From NCBI GenBank assembly GCA_040377305.1, contig JBEIPA010000008.1, forward strand, positions 64,001 to 128,000: a stretch of 64,000 nt of DNA, written 5' to 3'. Within the stretch, counting starts at the first letter, position 1. Every line of letters begins with the position of its first letter. The notes under the pieces are model-generated. The model did not search any database, had not been told where the DNA came from, and saw nothing but the letters and a program-made list of their open reading frames with translations. Positions 60,379 to 64,000 of this stretch are shown piece by piece. The position numbers and the translations under genes were made by a program. This DNA is from Flavobacteriales bacterium (GTDB lineage Bacteria; Bacteroidota; Bacteroidia; Palsa-965).

Positions 60379-60756
60379 CTAGGCCATGCGGCTCACATAA
60401 TGACTTCCGAAATCAGTCAGAGCCAATTCGGGACATACACCCTTCTTCCAGTGAAAAGAGCCGTCTTTTTGCTTTGCCAAATTCTTGTGGAGTCCTCCAA
60501 AATCGTAGAGGGAAGGAAACTTGCTTGTTGTGGGAGCGTCATACCGAAGTTCCACATATCCCGTCCTCAAGAGCTGCTCTACGGCTTCAGCCATGCGCTC
60601 TGCCAGCATGATCGTATCCGGATTTGTTTGATTGTTGAACAAGGTTGTGTACAACACCGAAACAGGCAAACAACCGCCACCTTCGTTACGCAACCATCTT
60701 AAGATCTGGCGCTGAAGGGTGGTGAGACGATTGAGTTCGGGTTGAATCTGCTTCAT
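60379..60756 (-). CDS. Small hypothetical protein, winged-helix-like
   Basis: LT..Q..IL..L start, L...GYVE and terminal LT..G pattern. TATCTTAG lies 4 nt before the ATG. Confidence 0.6.
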   Translation of the reverse strand: MKQIQPELNRLTTLQRQILRWLRNEGGGCLPVSVLYTTLFNNQTNPDTIMLAERMAEAVEQLLRTGYVELRYDAPTTSKFPSLYDFGGLHKNLAKQKDGSFHWKKGVCPELALTDFGSHYVSRMA

Positions 60757-60788
60757 GCCGCTAAGATAGTGATGCGCTGGAGAAAAAA

Positions 60789-61219
60789 GGAACGCGGATT
60801 TTGATGTGCTTTTGGTGTTAATGGTTATCTCGGATCAGCGCAGTGCATAAAAGATTTCGGTATTGGATTTTATGAGATAGGTTTGCTAGTGCAAGGCAAT
60901 AAAAAAGGAACGCGGATTTTGATATGCTTTGGTGTTAGCGGTTATCTCGGATCAGCGCGGTGCATAGAATCATTCGGTATTGGATTTTATGAGACAGGTT
61001 TGCTAGTGCAAGACTACAGAATAGGAACGCGGATTTTGATGTGCCTTTGGTGTTAGCGGCTGTCTCGGATCAGCACGGTGTATAGAACGTTCCGTTATTG
61101 GATTTAATGAGATAAGCCTAACAAGTCTATCTCATAAGATCCAATTCTCAGTCGAAGTATTTACCACAATGATCCGAGAGCAGCATTAGAAAACAACGAA
61201 ACACAAAAATCCGCGTTCC
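60789..61219. repeat. Tandem array of arm A (60789, 60907, 61024; period 118/117 bp) ending in 196-bp hairpin element 2 (B2 61128-61219)
   Basis: Each unit reads GGAACGCGGATTTTGAT.TGC..TTGGTGTTA...CTCGGATCAGC...TTGGATTT.ATGAGA. Linkers begin GGTTTGCTAGTGCAAG. Confidence 0.93.
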
Positions 61220-61230
61220 CTTCCTAACTT

Positions 61231-62892
61231 CTACTTCGTAATGCCCGTGATTGGAGTACCCGTACACCCATTCGGACTCTGAATGTTCAGCATCAAACAA
61301 AGCGTTGGAGCAATGTCTTCGATGTAAACGGGCTCATCCGATTTTCCGTTCTGAACTTTCCAGCCCCACCAGTAAAGCGGAACGTGTGTATCGTATGACC
61401 ACGGAGTTCCGTGAGAAGTGCCTGTGCTGCGGTGCCAATCCGATAACCAACCTGGATTGAGAATTATTGCAACGTCACCTGAGCGACGGAAATAAAATCC
61501 TTTTTGCACAAGATGCTTCGGGGTTTCGTTGTATTCGTTGGCTGCGAGATCAGTTGAAGTCATGGTCGATGCAACACCGGGAAAACGCATGAGGAAATTA
61601 GCAACGTAGCGCTGAAGTTCTTCCTGCTTGATTCCTTTTGCTTCCATCTGTTTGTGATTGAAGTACACCTGGTCGTTCGCAATTCCCCAAACGAGTGTAT
61701 CACCGTATACGCGTTTGAGATTTCTCTTGAGGGAATCTTCTACAATGTCTTCACGAAAAAATCCACCTGGAATTCCAGCGTCAATGAGAAACTGGGGATT
61801 TTCAACAGCGCCATGATCTGCAGTAAGGAACACAAGTGCGTTGTTTTTCCCAACCCAGTTGTCAATGAACTTCAGAAAATCTGCAAGCTCTTTGTCCATG
61901 CGCAGGTAACAATCTTCAACTTCAATGCTCTGTGGACCGAACATGTGTCCGATATAATCGGGTGAAGAAAAACTCACTGCAAGAAAATCCGTGAACTTTC
62001 CTTTGCCGAGATTTTCTGCCTGAATAAGAGCTTGTGCAAAATCGCGCGTGTATGTATTTCCGCCGGGAACAGCGCGAATCAATCCCAGATTTCCATTCTG
62101 CGCTTTCAGTGAAGGAATATTGTGCGGAAAAGTGGGTGATGTTTCTCCCTTCCACATTCCTTCGTAGGGCGAATTATCCGGAAGACTTTCCGTGTACTGT
62201 TCGATCGGCAGCAACGTTGTCCATTGTGTCGAAAGATATTGCTCAGGTAATTTCCGGCTGTTGAATTCATTGACCCACGTAGGAAGTGTAGTCATATAGT
62301 GCGTGCTCGTTACAAAACTTCCGGTCGAACCGTCGTACCAATAAGCAGCATTAGCAGTGGGTCCAGCAGGAAGAATTGCCGAACGATCCTTCAACGCAAT
62401 TCCGAAAACTTTTGATCCGTTGTTTGATGCCAGATGAAGTTGCGATCCAACTGTTGTGGTGAGCAAACGTTTCGGTGAGCGTTTTCCTTCATCCGAACCT
62501 GTGCCAACACCTTTCACGCTTTCATCCTGAACACAGTAAACCGATCTTCCGGCTTCACGATCAAGCCAATCGTTCGCGATAATTCCGTGTACCGCCGGAG
62601 TTGTCCCCGTGTAAATCGAAGCGTGACCCGGACCCGTGTACGTTGGCATGTAATTGTAATTCGTGTTGCGGCACTCGTATCCTTGCGACAACATACGTTT
62701 GAATCCGTCGGTACCGAGTTTGTCCCAATAGCGGTAAACATAATCGAAACGCATTTGATCCAATACGATTCCCACTACCAGTTTTGGTTGAGCCGGAACA
62801 ACTGCCGGAGCTGGTGGTGGATTCTTTTTCGCCTGCGCAGCGAATGCAAGAATGATAAACAATGCGGGAATGAGTACGAGTGCTTTCTTCAT
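61231..62892 (-). CDS. pafA: PafA-type alkaline phosphatase
   Basis: PKLVVGIVLDQMR, TYTGPGHASIYTG (Thr nucleophile), KDRSAILPAG, DYIGH, LTADHG and HG.PWSYDTHVP. Start ATG 62892. Confidence 0.9.
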   Translation of the reverse strand: MKKALVLIPALFIILAFAAQAKKNPPPAPAVVPAQPKLVVGIVLDQMRFDYVYRYWDKLGTDGFKRMLSQGYECRNTNYNYMPTYTGPGHASIYTGTTPAVHGIIANDWLDREAGRSVYCVQDESVKGVGTGSDEGKRSPKRLLTTTVGSQLHLASNNGSKVFGIALKDRSAILPAGPTANAAYWYDGSTGSFVTSTHYMTTLPTWVNEFNSRKLPEQYLSTQWTTLLPIEQYTESLPDNSPYEGMWKGETSPTFPHNIPSLKAQNGNLGLIRAVPGGNTYTRDFAQALIQAENLGKGKFTDFLAVSFSSPDYIGHMFGPQSIEVEDCYLRMDKELADFLKFIDNWVGKNNALVFLTADHGAVENPQFLIDAGIPGGFFREDIVEDSLKRNLKRVYGDTLVWGIANDQVYFNHKQMEAKGIKQEELQRYVANFLMRFPGVASTMTSTDLAANEYNETPKHLVQKGFYFRRSGDVAIILNPGWLSDWHRSTGTSHGTPWSYDTHVPLYWWGWKVQNGKSDEPVYIEDIAPTLCLMLNIQSPNGCTGTPITGITK

Positions 62893-63254
62893 GATGCTTT
62901 TTTTGTCAGCACAGCGAGGATGATCATGCAAAGCGAAATGCTCAGCAGAATATTTCCGGCTGCGAATAAATAATTTCCTCTTCGGAATAATTCCAATGTC
63001 TCGAAACTGAACGTGGAGAACGTACTGAAGCCTCCGCAAAAACCAATGATGACCAATGCACGCAACGATTCGCTTTGCATTTTCTCAGCGAAGAATCCGA
63101 GTGCGAGTCCCATAACAACAACACTGGCAACATTAGAAATCAACGTTGCCATTGGGAATTGTTGTTCGGGTGTAGCCAAAATCATCTTCGACACCCCGTA
63201 TCTGGTTATGCAACCGATTCCGCCACCGATGAATATGAGCAGGAGGTTAAGCAT
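62889..63254 (-). CDS. crcB: Fluoride efflux channel
   Basis: GGGIG..RY, P.ATL..N and GFCGGFSTFSTF motifs. Confidence 0.95.
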   Translation of the reverse strand: MLNLLLIFIGGGIGCITRYGVSKMILATPEQQFPMATLISNVASVVVMGLALGFFAEKMQSESLRALVIIGFCGGFSTFSTFSFETLELFRRGNYLFAAGNILLSISLCMIILAVLTKKAS

Positions 63255-63828
63255 TTCGTTTTTCGAGATAAACTTTAGTTAACACAAGATAAACGCAGGC
63301 TGCTGCAATCGTTCCGAAAATTGCTCCGCACAAAACATCTCCCGGATAATGAACGCCGAGATAAATTCGGCTCCAGGCAACTGCGAATGCCCATGCGAAC
63401 ATCCACAACCACGGTCGCCATCCATCCAGATTTTTCCGTTTCACCAGCAATAACATGATGAGTGCCAATGAAAAACTGTTGGAGGCGTGGCCGGAGAAAA
63501 ATCCGTAAGGTCCGCCGCATCCTTCCGGTGAGAGCACTTCATGCTGAGCCAACAATTCTGTATTGTGACACGGTCGCGGACGCTTGATGCCATTCTTAAA
63601 AAGGTTTGCCCCCTGATCACTGATTACAATCATGAGTACAACAGCAAGAATGACTGCCCACGATTGTGATTTGTAATATTTCACAACCTTCCATGCAAGC
63701 CAGAGATATAGTGGAATCCAAATCCACCGATTGCTGAACCACGGTGCAATGAAATCGAAAAATCCGTTGCGGACATGATGTATTCCGAGGAATAGGTCAA
63801 CATCCGTTTGCATCAGCGATTCGAGCAT
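63247..63828 (-). CDS. PAP2 family membrane phosphatase
   Basis: K....RPRP, F.SGHA and SRIYLGVHYPGD motifs. Likely start ATG 63828. Confidence 0.92.
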   Translation of the reverse strand: MLESLMQTDVDLFLGIHHVRNGFFDFIAPWFSNRWIWIPLYLWLAWKVVKYYKSQSWAVILAVVLMIVISDQGANLFKNGIKRPRPCHNTELLAQHEVLSPEGCGGPYGFFSGHASNSFSLALIMLLLVKRKNLDGWRPWLWMFAWAFAVAWSRIYLGVHYPGDVLCGAIFGTIAAACVYLVLTKVYLEKRNA

Positions 63829-63843
63829 GCGATAAAGGTAATC

Positions 63844-63911
63844 GTTCCCTGTTTCCGGTTCCCTGTTTCCGTCAAAAAATAACACACCACCGGGAACGGG
63901 GAACAGGGAAC
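63844..63911. repeat. 7-bp-period GGGAAC inverted repeat
   Basis: GTTCCCTGTTTCCGGTTCCCTGTTTCC ... CGGGAACGGGGAACAGGGAAC between divergent genes. Confidence 0.7.
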
Positions 63912-63943
63912 ATTTGAGTATGTTTGAGGTAGTAAATCACGCT

Positions 63944-64000
63944 ATGAAATCAACACTTCTACTGCCCTTCGCCCTCACTGCTATATTAGGATTTTCTTCC
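63944..64000 (+). CDS. Start of an exported protein (partial; runs off the window end)
   Basis: MKSTLLLPFALTAILGFSS is signal-peptide-like. TATGTTTG -7 box at 63919-63926. Confidence 0.5.
   Translation, partial: MKSTLLLPFALTAILGFSS

Noticed and set aside
60789-61219. CRISPR array
   Set aside because: The units are ~92 bp, the variable parts are homologous to each other rather than unique spacers, inverted copies exist, and there are no cas genes in the window.
61024-61219. 6S RNA or another single-copy structured RNA
   Set aside because: The size and rod shape are similar, but two full copies plus two isolated half-copies argue for a repeat element. An Rfam scan is needed to exclude it formally.
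62889-63911. Fluoride riboswitch upstream of crcB
   Set aside because: crcB is internal to an overlapping operon, and the upstream region shows only the GGGAAC repeat with no GGCGATGG-type consensus.

Overview
This 64-kb window is chromosomal DNA from a Bacteroidota bacterium. The evidence is several T9SS type A/B C-terminal sorting domains, TAnnTTTG -7 promoter boxes, LytS/LytTR pairs and a short MGS-less CarB. Most of it is housekeeping and envelope genes (carB, rpmH, rsmG, tgt, lptF/G, ispE, accA, mtgA, purL, pafA, crcB), T9SS cargo proteins, and one REP-associated HUH tyrosine transposase with its own flanking palindromes. I found no rRNA, tRNA or CRISPR array. The most unusual feature is a non-coding repeat system at 60165-61219. 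It has four forward (A) copies and two inverted (B) copies of a ~92-bp arm, forming two ~200-bp imperfect hairpins plus a 117-118-bp tandem array. These enclose a small winged-helix-like ORF directly upstream of a double-AAA (CbbX/SpoVK/EccA-like) ATPase with an unusual duplicated N-terminal domain. Other oddities are an in-frame, repeat-derived 51-codon insertion that splits a lipoprotein signal peptide, a paiB remnant acting as a coupled leader ORF, a PorE-like protein with SPOR-like instead of OmpA domains, and many short-period palindromic intergenic repeats. All calls come from reading motifs by eye; no database searches were run.
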